Shown here piece by piece: positions 1-13,000 of a stretch of 64,000 bases of DNA. The notes beneath the pieces were generated by a model, which was given only the letters and a program-made list of their open reading frames with translations, did no database searches and was not told the origin of the DNA. Where the stretch lies: positions 9,982,001-10,046,000 of the forward strand of contig OZ176050.1 in the NCBI GenBank assembly GCA_964247055.1. The letters run 5' to 3'. Both the position numbers and the translations under genes were made by a program. Positions within the stretch are counted from its first letter, which is position 1. Every line of letters starts with the position of its first letter. The DNA is from Paragordius varius. Its lineage: Eukaryota; Animalia; Nematomorpha.

Positions 1-1009
1 AATAACTCCCTGGAAACCAGATAATTTTGTAAAAACACGTGTTTAATTTTAATATATATATATTTTAATGTTTAATACGCTATTATCATATTTATTCGAC
101 TTGTGTAATAAACAAATATATGATATCTAAATAAATTAAAATTATTATGCCACAGTATAAATTTTTACTTCATACTTATAAATTAACAATATTTATTTTC
201 ATATAACCTTTACACCAAATTTTAATTCCTTAGGGGTTTTAATCAGATTGCGATTAATTATAACAGTTGCCCAAAGAACAATGATTAAAAGAACCTTTGG
301 TATAACATCAAATTCAAAACGGTTTATGATATACTTTAAAATTGTCTTATTAAAGAAGTGACCGATATTTAAAACAAAGCAACGATCGCCTAACTTATAA
401 TTTTAGAGTTGTCAATTGTCAATAATTTTGTTAATTCCAATAAGAATATCATTAAAAATTTGGACATTTACATATATTTCAGTAAGGCCTCCCAAAGCTA
501 ATCCATTACTTTTTAGTATCAAATCCGATATTCCTCATAGGCATGCTACACAAAAACGTTTTATTATTTGTCCAAACCGCTTTAAGACGTTAAATTTGGT
601 AGAGAGCCCTTAACTCATTAAAATTCCAAACAAAAAAAATACTTTTATATAGACCGCATCTCGCGTCTCTAAAAACCGGGTAAAATGCTATAAAATTTGG
701 GACCGGATTCCATAGCAAAATAACATTGCCTTAAGTTAACTTATCATCAAAAATAAAGGATTTAAATTTATTGTAAATAATTTACACATAACATCATATA
801 AATATTATGTTATAATAATATTACTAAATTAAATAATTATGGTTGGTTTTTGTACTCAAATATTATTATGCTTTGCTTAATATTTATTGCACTTTCCTTC
901 TAATATAATTTGGTATGTATTCAATAGGTCGTATAAACCGGAATATATCTTGAGAATGCAAAACATGTTTTTTTGTAATTTTAAAGAAGTTTCGTCTTGC
1001 CGCGTAAAA

Positions 1010-4000
1010 TTAAAATTGGTACCATTTTTTATCTTTGTATTTAAGCATAATATCGTGGGCCGTTTTAGAATAATTTTCTGATTGAGCTAACATTTGGGCT
1101 GTTCGTTCATCCAAATGACCAAGTTTTTCTCCTCTTTCACCCAAAGCCTATTATTGAAGTATGGTACCATACAATTCAATAAATTGATTAAATATTATCA
1201 AAATTATAATATATTTTTAGGAATTTTATAATAAAAAACAGGTAAAATCACATTAATTTCAAAACTAATATAGAATTATATAATAAATCCGCAACATACT
1301 GACTATATAAAAATAAGGACCGTGTGCATAAAGTAATATCGGATGTCTTTATGAAATGGTTCACTTGTAAATTTTAAAAAAAATATAAAGCAATTTAAAT
1401 GATTAAATTGGTATAAAATACCCAATTTTTCACATTATTAAATTTACATAATTCAATTCTTTGTAAAAGACCAATTTTAGCCCATCTACTTTACTATTAG
1501 GCACACATTTTTATAAATTAAAAATTATTTTACCAATCTAGCTTTTTGAACTGGTCCAGATGCGGTTGCTTGCGCCTTCAAATTTGCATCTTTCAACAAA
1601 ACGGCTGCTGATCTTTGGGCTTTTCCTGCCCCAGCCTCCCCAACTATCAAATAAATGAATAAAGTAAAAAATAAAGTATAGATAATAAACTTTTTATGTT
1701 TTATCTAATTTAAAACCCTATTTTCGTTCAAAACTAATTAAAAACAGGATTAACATAAAATATGGATATAAATACTTACATAATTCCTCTCTATCAATCG
1801 ATGTATTACGTGATGAAAATAGAGTGGCAAAAAAGCTGGTTTTTGGTGGTTCTGGGGTCTCCATAAATTTGTAAATTTTACATTGCATATCAGGTAGGTG
1901 TTTGCTATGTAGGAGAAATATTGACTTACATTTAAAATATACAGTCATGTATCCTTTATTTTATCAAAAATTTAATTTTTTTTCTTTAAATGGGTATAAA
2001 TATTTGGTAAAGAATGGAGAAAACAAGAGCTCTATGGTATTAACAATATCATATTCATCAAAAAATATAAAAATTACCATAGGGCTCTAGTTTTTTCCAT
2101 TCTTCACCAAATATTTATACCCATTTAACGGGAAAATAAATTTTTGATAATATAAAGGATACATGACTGTATAATTTTTGACTATTGATTACAATATAAC
2201 GGCATTACAAATATACAAGCTTATGTTATGATATATTAATTTTATCGTATAATAAATGGTACATACCACATATCCGCGGAAAAAGTAAATTTTTGTATTT
2301 CACTCGGTGAACACAAATATATTCCGTTTCCGTTATTACCGAAACGAAAGAGATTGTTTGTGCTAATAGTATAAAAATAATACATTTAAAACAGTTTTTT
2401 TTAATTATTTTTTAACGACATAAAAATGAAAAAATAAACAATTATAATATACTTTGTCATCTCATGCGGATGTGAACTCATTCTAGATGTATAAAAATAT
2501 TGTTAAATGTTTAAGTATAGTTTAAAAAATGCAAACATTTCTGACGGTATACAAGTAAACTTGATATATTTTATCAAGAGTAGGTACCTTAATTTTAAGC
2601 ACAAAATCCATATCAAAACTAATCAAATGAAAAAATTGTCGGTTCACTATATAGTTATAACTTTTTAATTTCATAAAAATCATTTATATCTTGTAGAAAT
2701 TATAAACTTTTATTGAAATTTTGTTGTTGATTAATTGACTTTTTAATTATTAAATGATTTTATATAATAAGGAAATCAATTTATTCAGTTCTTAAAATAG
2801 TGGAAGTTTAAAAAAATTTATATTAATGAGAAAATGCATGTGTATATTGTGTACCGTATTATATTTGGTGATTCAACAAATGTATCGAAAAGAAGGCGAA
2901 AACTTGGCACACTATATATAAGAATATGTCCATTGGATGCATAGCAAGTAAGGCATTCTTGATCTAACGATTAACATAGTAAAAAATATAGTATTTTGTA
3001 AATAAAAAAAGACTTGTACTATATTTTTTATAGACGGTTGTCAAAAATTTATTTTTGTGTAATAATAGAAATTAATATATTAATAAAAGCTGCAATATTA
3101 ACTAGTTATTTATATTTATTAATTAATCTATTTTAAGATAATAAATTTATTAAAATAATAAATATAAAACATGATGTTTAAAACAAAAATAAAGTAAAGT
3201 TTATAATATACTATTGAAATCAATGATTTGAGCTACAAGGACTTTCCGGTGTTCATTGGCAATCTTGACTTTATAAATGGCAGACATGTATGTAGCTGGT
3301 CTCAGGGAAACCGCACATGCCTGGAATTGTGAGACTAGAATAGCGTATTCTTTGAAATGGTTAGAGGTACTTCCTTCTTGTTGTTGCTATATAATAGCGG
3401 ACAAAAAATTAAAAATAACTACCAAATGTTTAACTCTAGTTTATAGTCTTATATACAAATTAAAAAAATTGGTTTTAATGCGATAAAAAATTAAAATAAA
3501 ATCTATGAAAATAATTAATTTTATTTAACATAATTACAGTCATGTATTCTTTTCTTTATCAAAAATTTATTCTCTTTCGTTAAATGGGTAAAAATATTTG
3601 TTAAATGGAAAAAAACAAGAGATGGTATTAATTCATCTACAAAGTATAAGAATTACCATAGAGCTCTTATTTTTTCCATTCCTTACCAAATATTTATACC
3701 CATTTAACGAAAGGAAGTAAATTTTTGATAAAACAAAGGATACATGACTGTATATATTGCCATCCTTACGGTAAATTTCTTATATTTTTTAAAAGAAAAA
3801 TGCGATTTTCCATTAATTTTTTTATAGATTTACAACTTTATCAGCCCCAACATTGGTCGGTTGTGTGTTAGAGGTTAGGGGTGGAGGGATAGGGCTATTA
3901 CCACTTTGTCTACTTTCCAAACTGTGTTGCGAAGCATAAGCTGATAATCCTTTATTTGTAATAAATAATTAAAAATATGAAAAGAGTGGCATGGCATAAA

Positions 4001-7000
4001 CATAATATTAATATACTTAATATAAATCTTGGATTCTTAACTCTTTTAATGAATTTCGAGCTACAATGAAATACATTAGTTGGCATTACATGTTAAACAT
4101 ACAATAACAATTTGTCTTTTTAATATTGGTTTTTATAAATGATACATTCTTCATAATATGAAAATGGGGCGATTGTATTCCCCTGTGATAAAATGAGGAT
4201 AAATTAAATGAAATGAAAAATCAAAAATCATTTTACACAATGTTTTTACAAAGATGCATTACATATCATCCTAAGTCTTTAAATTATAAAACCTATGATA
4301 TTTAGGTTTTTCCACATATAAAAAACACAAATGCAGAATTACAAATTACATAAAACTACAAAGTACCTCCTCCTTTGCCATAAATAGGTGCTGACGTTAT
4401 GGGTTCTACAGTGGAATTTACATTTGACGAATTTATATCTGTGTTGTACGTTCCACGATTCGTTATGTTTGAAAGGTTAGGCTGTGCGGTTTGAGAGCTT
4501 GTCACTTCGCCGCTGCCTGTGGAGAAAGAGATAGGAGGTGGAATGGGGGAAGCATGACTACCCCCACCCATGTTTTCCATTGTTTGGCTTATGGAATCAA
4601 CTAAAAATTATTTGAGTTAAATAATTAGCCAAAAAATTTGTGTCAAACTTTTTCAAATTTAGTTGAAAACATCGTTTTCGGTTTCACCTATCCTAAGCGG
4701 ATCCAATCATCAGAAAATGAATATAAACAATTATCATAAAGTAAATGTTAAGAAAATACAATAGATCTATTTTTTTAAAGAATGGTCCACTTAAAATCTA
4801 GAAAAATATTATATAATAAATATTGTCGCCTATCTCAAATGACAATCGAGTAAGCTGAAAATAGATAATGAATATTTAAACATGATTACCTGGAAAGAAT
4901 AAATACGGTATAAATGTAATATATAAAAGGGATCCATTAATTTTTTTCAGAATTTTAGTTAACGAATCCTAATATTTAAACAAGTTTTATTCCTTATTGT
5001 ATAGTGTATACTTGCACCGTATGCCACTTTTATGCAACATCTTTGTCTCCTTAAAAATTATAATTTTGAGCGGAAAAGTCTATGAGTACGTTGAATAATA
5101 TAAATTTGTAATTACTTGAAGATGTGGTGGAAAGTGAGGCCTGATTCAAATTACTTTGTTTTTTAAATCGGAATGCTAAGCTTTCTAATTATAAATAAAT
5201 TATATATATATATATATAATTATCCAAAAATTACTGTAACAATTTATGCACATTGATTAGTTGAAATTTTGTATTTAATATTAAAAAAGTGTAAATTCTT
5301 TAATAAAAAATAGTAAGTAATTTATACTTCCACTGACAACCGGGGTGTTAGATGATACAACCGTAGTCAAGGGTAAATTTCCAATATAATCTATACACAG
5401 TACTTTTCCTTTGATTCTGAATATGGTTCCTAAAATATAAAACATTATGATAACATATATGTTCATTTAAGATGCATTTATCTATAAATGGTTTAATGAA
5501 ATACCGGTTGGTGTTATTTTAACGTTATGTGTTCGTCTCTTTGGTGGGGGAAACTCTAAAACTATAATGGAGCCAAATGAAGTTCCTATGGAAAAAATAA
5601 TAAAGATAAATACAATTATACATGTTTTATAATTAAAGTTGGTGTTTAAGTCGCCTAATCATAACCGGTGTTACCGCTTATATATGCAATCGTTCTTTCA
5701 CGGTCATAAGTAACCAATGAAAACTAAAAATCATGATACATTAACCTAAATAGAAAATAAATTTTGAGAAATCCTACATTTTTTGACATATTGTTAATCA
5801 ATAAATCGTCTTATCGAGAACGCCTTTTTTTGTTGTAGCGATATCAATGTTCATGTCATCTTACAGTTTTTGCAAATTTTATGGGGCCTTTTATCGTTGT
5901 TTGGAAAGTCAACATAATAATGTAGGTTGGTTTAATAAAGTGTGGTATATTGCTTCTATTTATATTGACTTTAACTGTAAAGAGCGCATGGCTCAGGGTT
6001 CTAATGTAATAATAAATATTTGGATCTATTACACAAGTATAATCAATCTCTACATTCTATTTATAACTATTTAGCGTTTGGCGTGTTTGTTTGTTACCCA
6101 AAGCCATATTAATACCGATCATATGGCCTTGGTAAATAATAGGGGTTAGTTACCAGATAGAGTTTGGTTAATATGGTGGATTTTCACGATTAAAATCCCA
6201 AAAACAAAAAAATGTCGTTAACAATTTTTTTAGGCAACTACTTTTTCAAATTTTATATTGCTTACTGCGATACAATTTTTATTTATAGCGCAATCTCAAA
6301 ATTGTAGGCATATGCGGGAAAACACTTAAGACAGAATTTTTTTCACCTGGTTGAAAAAATTGGTGTATTTTAATACTATGCTTGGTATTTGATTTAAATT
6401 TGCTGGATATTGATATGGTAAGTTATTCCTTTGATTCTTTTAATTGTAACTATACCATCAATATTAAAGATAATTGTGTCAACCAACCTTTTATTTGATT
6501 GTTTGGCTTTTTGATTGATGGCCGAATAAAAAATTTAGATAAACAATATAACATTCGAGAAATAGAAATATTGTTTGGAATTCTATGGATTGCTCATCTA
6601 TCCCGGCAACGTTTAAAATAAAATGTTTAAATACAATGATAATGTAAAGTTTGGTTACACAAAAAAGGTCAAATACAACTTTCTCGTTAAATAATTTATG
6701 CACCAATCTATGATGGAATCTTTGAGTCCGAATCATGTTAAATTAATCAGTTTGGCATCGAGACCTTAATTTTGTCTACCTGAGGGATAAGATTCCAGTA
6801 AGTATTAAAGACTAAATTATAAAGCATATCATCTCACAATTTTAAGAATATTTATATTGGGGTATTTTATCCAAAATGTACATATGCTTCGTAATTATGG
6901 CGCATTCCAAGGCTATTCAACCGTTATTGAAACATGGATCAGAAAGATGCATGGGTTTGGCTCATGAAAGAATTTTTGAGAGGAAACAATATGAAGAGAC

Positions 7001-10000
7001 GTTTTTATTGGAATAATCTCTTAAAAAATTGTTAAAAAAATTGATTGGTCTATTTAAGATTACAGTTAAATGTAGCTAGAAAACTTTCGCCTCATTATAT
7101 ATAGTATATTAATACAATCAAATTATTTGTGTAAAAATTAAGCTATATAATTCAGCGTGTAATGATGCCGATTTTCTGATAACTTTTAAAACTAAGGCAT
7201 ATAGGTAACATAATTTAAAATCTACCAATCCAGAGATGCGGCAAATTGTTTTCAAGAAATTCATCGGAATCAATAGTGTTTTGTCTTGTTGATGTTTCTT
7301 CATGACCTGTAGTATCGGCTCCGTCCTTCGTGCCTATCAAAAAATATATTAATTTATATGTACAAAAATACTGTAAAATTTTGAAGTCTAAACAAGTTAT
7401 TAGGAAAATTCAAAGACCTGACTTAAAAAAATATACCATTTAATGCTTGTGCAAAAAATGGTTATATAATAATATGTCATTATATGTATGTTTAAGAAAT
7501 ACTACCTTGCATGAAACATATATTGTAAATTAAAACGCCTTTTAATAACATATTAGGAAAACAAATGTTTGGTTCATATGATTGAAGGCATAAATCACCT
7601 TAAGTTTGAAATAATTTAAAAATTTAAGCATCCTTATTATATAATAGAATACCTTTAAGTTCAATTAAATAAATTTCTGGTTCTAAAAACTCTTAAAGGT
7701 ATAATTAAGAGATGATTTCCACATTCAATAATAACTTCAAAATAAATTTGACGTTATAGCGCTAATACTATAAATTATTACATCGTTACCGCTACGTTAC
7801 ATTTATTTTGATTTAATTAAAGTCTTTCAATATATTAATGTGAATAGCTATATATATGTTTCAAAACACATACCATGATAATAATCTGTGGGATTTTGTG
7901 ATACATTACTCCCTGATTGTGTAACATTATTATACGTATTGGTGCCAGAGAAAGCAGAGGGGGGTCCATTAGATATCCCTGCTATTGTTGGTACCTGAGT
8001 TTGTGTCACCACACTTTGCGGGTTAGTAGAATTGTTTCCCATTGTTGTTCGATTATTTGGATCAAGTGAAATATTTATGACTGTAATCCATTCCTTTTTG
8101 CTTCCTCCAGCATCTTCTGTATCAGCCATCGTTCCAGTCTGAGAATGATGAGCTTGTGAAGGCAAAAGATTATTTTGGGCTGTGGAAGTTGTTTCCCCTC
8201 CTCCTCGAATCGGACTCCCAAGGGGTGATTGAAGGTTATTAATGGTGAGAGGTGTATCCCGAACACCCCCAAGTTGACTTGTAATCAATTGTGTTGTCGT
8301 GGTGGTATTTACAGTATTTGCTAAAAGTATAATACATATTGTATTTTTACAGGAAATACATGTAAATTGCACATATAAGTTGCACAAATAATGAAATCAA
8401 GAATAAAGATGGGAATACAAGTCATTGTTTGGAAATATTTCATTCCAATAAAAAATCAATGGAATTATATTTAATTGCAATTTAATTGAAAACTAGAGTT
8501 ATCACGGACACTTTCAAAGATTTGGTAGCGAGTTTTTAGTTAACATTTGCGTCCGAAAAGTTTGTAAAAATTTGAACAAATATTAAAATCAGTTAGCACC
8601 TTCAAAATGGACATTTATTACACTAATGAAGGTATGTATGGACATACCAGGTGTATTTATTACCAGTTTAACTAAGAAAAAAGGTCATAGTAAAGTAAGC
8701 AGACGATTAATTTGATGCACAGCCCATTTTGTTCTGACATTTAACTACAAACGCACACAAGCTGAGTTTACCAAAAACTACCGTTTTGCTATTATTATTC
8801 AAAAATCATGTCAAAGTTTATATCTGAAAAGAAACATTGGCGGAGCGCATTGCCATAAAAAAATATACTGTTTAAAATCATTATTTGCGGGCAGTGATCT
8901 ATCGATTAACATATCATGTGAAACATTGTTTCGATAAATGTTGAAGTTGTAATTTCGTGAAAGAGTGTGGGCGCTCTGGTGGACACAACTGCGAAGACGC
9001 TAAAGTGCAAGAGTTATCAAATGATGATTCAACTCAAATTTAACTATTGGCAGAAACATTACATGCATCACAAAAAACAATCAATATGTCTATGATTAAA
9101 CAAACTCGGCAAATAAGCCCCAAAAAATGAACCTCTAAAATCGCAAAGAGTGTAAAACCTGCTTCCATGTCACAAAAAGAAATAGCGGATTGGGACGGTC
9201 GATTAATGATATTATTTTGTAAATCCAAGGCGGAAAAATAGTGGTTTTCATTTGCCCAGCCGTTTAATCCAGATAGGGAAAATTGCTTCATCAAGAGAAT
9301 CATGCTGTGTCTTGTGGGACCAGAGAGGTATAGTATATTATAAATTTTTGAAGTCCCATGTGAAATAGTTAATAACATTATAAACCATGCATTAATAAAA
9401 AACAACTACACAGGAATAAGCCAAAAAACATGGCAAAACCATTTTTCCACATGACAACGCTTCGTCTCGCAGTGCAAAACCAATGAAGGACACTATAAAA
9501 TCGCTTCGATGGGGATCCGCATCCGCGGAACTCTGCTAAACTGGCGCCATCTGATCAATAAATTCCACATTAATGGGGCACACCCTCGCAGACCATCACT
9601 TCAATAACTTCGTGACGAATGGTTTGTTGCAAAAGTCAAGTTTTTCTAGCCCGGAATTAATATATTACCTGAGAGAGGAGCGAAATGTGTAGAAGCTGAT
9701 ATACAATATGTTGATTTAATCATCGATTTCCTGTCATTACATATGTTTTTACCCAAAAACAATAAAAAGTTTTGAATACACCTGGTATACCGATATACTT
9801 TTAAGCTAATAGAGTATTTTCATTTATTTAACGTGATTTTGTTTAGTTTTCAAATGAAAATGAACTGTCTGCTTATCTAAGATTACCTGGAAAATCTTCC
9901 GGATCCATATTATTTTCCGTATGTACATGTCCATACAAACCACTCGAATGTTGATGTTGTGCTGATATGGTAGTATTGGATGAATTCGGATCTGAGTGTC

Positions 10001-13000
10001 AATAAAAATATATGGCATGCGTAAAAGTTTAGCCCTCTCTCCTCAAAAAAATATTTTACGATTTAAAAATTAATTGAATTAAATAAAAGATTAGCGTGCA
10101 TCAAATCAATATAGAAATTTAGATAATTTGTCTTATAAAAGAAGAAATTGCCAAAGGCGTGCAAAAATTGTTAAAAGAAAAAATATAAAGATTACCCAAA
10201 TAATTGGTTGAGCTGACACATGCTGCCTGTTAGTTTCCCGCAAAAAAATAAATTAAGCATATGCAATAAAAAAAGAAATGGCCCATAAAAATATATCTCT
10301 TAAGACAACTTAATTATAAATAACCCTTAATCCCATGTAATATTGACCCATTTGTATGTATTATTCATGTCCAAATCAAATGCAGAATGCTTTAAACCCT
10401 TCTAATCCGTGCAACCCTGTAACCCATATTACTTGCACATTTGTGCTGGCTTATTCACATTATATTTGGTCAATTGACAACATAGTAGGTATGGAAAAAA
10501 ACAACTGAATGTTTTAATAATTATTTTTTCCCTATCTTACATTACTTTTATGGACAAAATTTATTGTATAACAAACGCTACTGTAGAAAATAATTGGCCA
10601 ACAATAATGTGATTAAGCAAATTATGAGTCAGGCAAGAAGAGTTGTACAATTTTACTTTTATATCCATGATGAAAGTGATGTGTATGCATTTTACAATGC
10701 ATTTTATTATATCCAATGGCATGACTAATGCAAGATGAACAAAATGGGTTAAAAAGCTGATTATTTTTATCATCGATTACTTCAACTATACGCCTGTAAG
10801 GTTTTTGATTAATATTATTATTAGTGTTACTATGCGAATTACTGGCATGATGAAATGATAAATGATCAACCAAAAATTTTGTATTCCCATCCCGTTGCAT
10901 GTTAACAAATTTGAATCGTGACGGAAATATATCATGGTACGGTAATAATTTATTTGGGATGTACATGACATACCGAATTTTTTTCGATTTTTTAGCACTT
11001 GAACCTCTACCTTGTCTAATGATAGAAGGCGCCTTTTTGGCAACAAAATCCTTCTCATTATCATTGTTGTCCTGGGAATCATATGGATTACGTGAAATCT
11101 CAGTGTTGGGCCGTAAAAGATACCCATTCCCTCCAAAATTTAACCAGGGTGAAAGAGTAACTCTCCGTTTGTTAGATACTAAAACATCTCCCTTTTCACC
11201 TAAAGGTCGATCAATACGAACATTGTAAAGGTGTTGACCCAAGGTACTTAATTTTTTCCATACACCCTGTGATGGTTGCATATAATTATTGAATGGGTGA
11301 GAGTATCTTTTATCGTTAAGAGGTGACAAGCTTTCGGAAACAGGACTCAGTGGTATAAAAGATTCTGGAATGATTTTTTTGTTTGAAAACTGTGATTTTA
11401 TATTAGCGGGGAAGAGAGAAAATCTTCTTGGTTTATTTTTCTCATAGCTCCTAGCCGACGACACCTTTTCGCTGTTAATGTCTTTAAAATTACTCTTTTC
11501 TTGGGCTATCGTGGTAGTTGCCGTGGTTGTTGTAATAAATCTTACAAAACAACTCGTATTACAGGTTAGTGAGAGTAGTGGGACTAACTTTATATTTAAT
11601 AACATTACATAATTATGATTTTTATCACCATTGCCAGAAAAAGTTAATATGCAAACAAAATTTTCTTATAATTAACAAAAAAGATTATAGATGTGCGAAA
11701 AATTACAAAATTACATTAACTTCCATTGTCGTAGGCGATTTCGATCTATCTAATTCATCAAGAGATGTTGGTTTGGAACGAAATAAAGGCATAAATTTAT
11801 TGGAGATACGGTTAAATGGGTCATTTCCTCCTAAATTTATTTATTAATTTTAATATTAATATAACAAAACTATTGATATATGTCAAAAAATATAGGAATA
11901 CCATATAAATCTTGAGTATTCAGATTAATCAATGGTTGCATATTGATGTAATCGATAACAAAAATACCACATGTGGTACCAATAGCTAATCTATTACATA
12001 ATGTAATTAACAATAAAGCAGTGGTAAAATTATATCGAAGCTATTTTAGAACTTATAAAATGAGTTTTATCTGATTTTTCTTTGAACACTGAAACATCTT
12101 TCTTTATGAAAAATGAATTAAAATTATTTTCTAAATTTACATTCCATAGGATGGTTGAAATTTGATTGAGATGGGCCGTCTAGGTTCAATAATTTTGTGT
12201 CCTTCTCTAGGAGCTGTTATTTGTCCAATTTGATCCAATCCATGATTATCTTGAGTAACTGATGAAGGGTGGTGTTGAGAAGCTGTTGGTGACATAGCGT
12301 TGTTCAGTGGACCGCCGGTTTCAAAAGGTTTGGAGTAATGTTCAATATGTTTGCTGAGAGTTATGGCATGTTCTAAACATATCACGAAATCGGCTTGAAA
12401 ACCGGGAGATTGTTTTACATTCCCAGGTTTAACCTATGACAAAATATGACTCTAATAATTATTACTAAACATGAATTTTGGATCAAATATCTTTAATCAT
12501 TTAATTGCTCGGCAGCATTTTATATTTCTTTAATTTTTAATTTACTTTGCAGATCAATAAGTAGTGATTTAACTTCATTATGCACAAATAAACGTAGTTG
12601 ACTTTGTAAAAAATATTATTTCGCTTTCTGTCTGCACATATATTCCTAGCTTAATATTTATTCAATACGATTTATTTAAAATATGTGTATAAATGGGATT
12701 ATTTTTTCTTTAAATTTAACGCGTAAGAATAAGAATTACATATATCTTCGTAGGTTCCTTTTCAATATTTGAAGTGTTGTCAATTTCTGGATTGAAAGAT
12801 GGGTTGCCAACACGTAGCATCTATATCAAAGTAATTGGTTTATTAAAATAATAAATGAATACAATCCACGAAATAACACTTTTTTAAATTATAGTTTCTC
12901 TAATTAATCACTTTGCCAATATTTTTTGAATATGATAAAAGGACAATTTGTTTAAGTAATATTAAAAACAAATAGTAGTGTTTAAATGAAACTTTGTATA

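Noticed and set aside
200-760. Possible decayed CR1/L2-type LINE 3' end downstream of tomosyn (LLWNP, GHFF peptides)
   Set aside because: Similarity is limited to very short words across many stops; it cannot be supported without a profile search.
5675-5723. Apparent 49-nt tomosyn exon (FSLVTYDRERTIAYISG) with AG/GT ends
   Set aside because: Exon 7226-7333 ends in PHLWI-G and joins 5505-5585 (GTSFG) directly to give the conserved LWxGT motif; the 49-nt piece has the wrong entry phase.
9040-9405. 121-aa minus-strand ORF
   Set aside because: Antisense frame of the decayed mariner transposase.
9824-10018. ORF-track protein MPYIFIDTQIRIHP...
   Set aside because: Wrong frame; splicing it onward hits a stop in the next exon. 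The alternative frame (DPNSSNTT...) is phase-compatible on both sides.
11562-11608. Additional 22-25 nt GT-AG candidates near the start of the large tomosyn exon
   Set aside because: The frame is open without removing them and GT...AG pairs at this spacing arise by chance in AT-rich DNA, so unlike the PP1 introns nothing constrains them.
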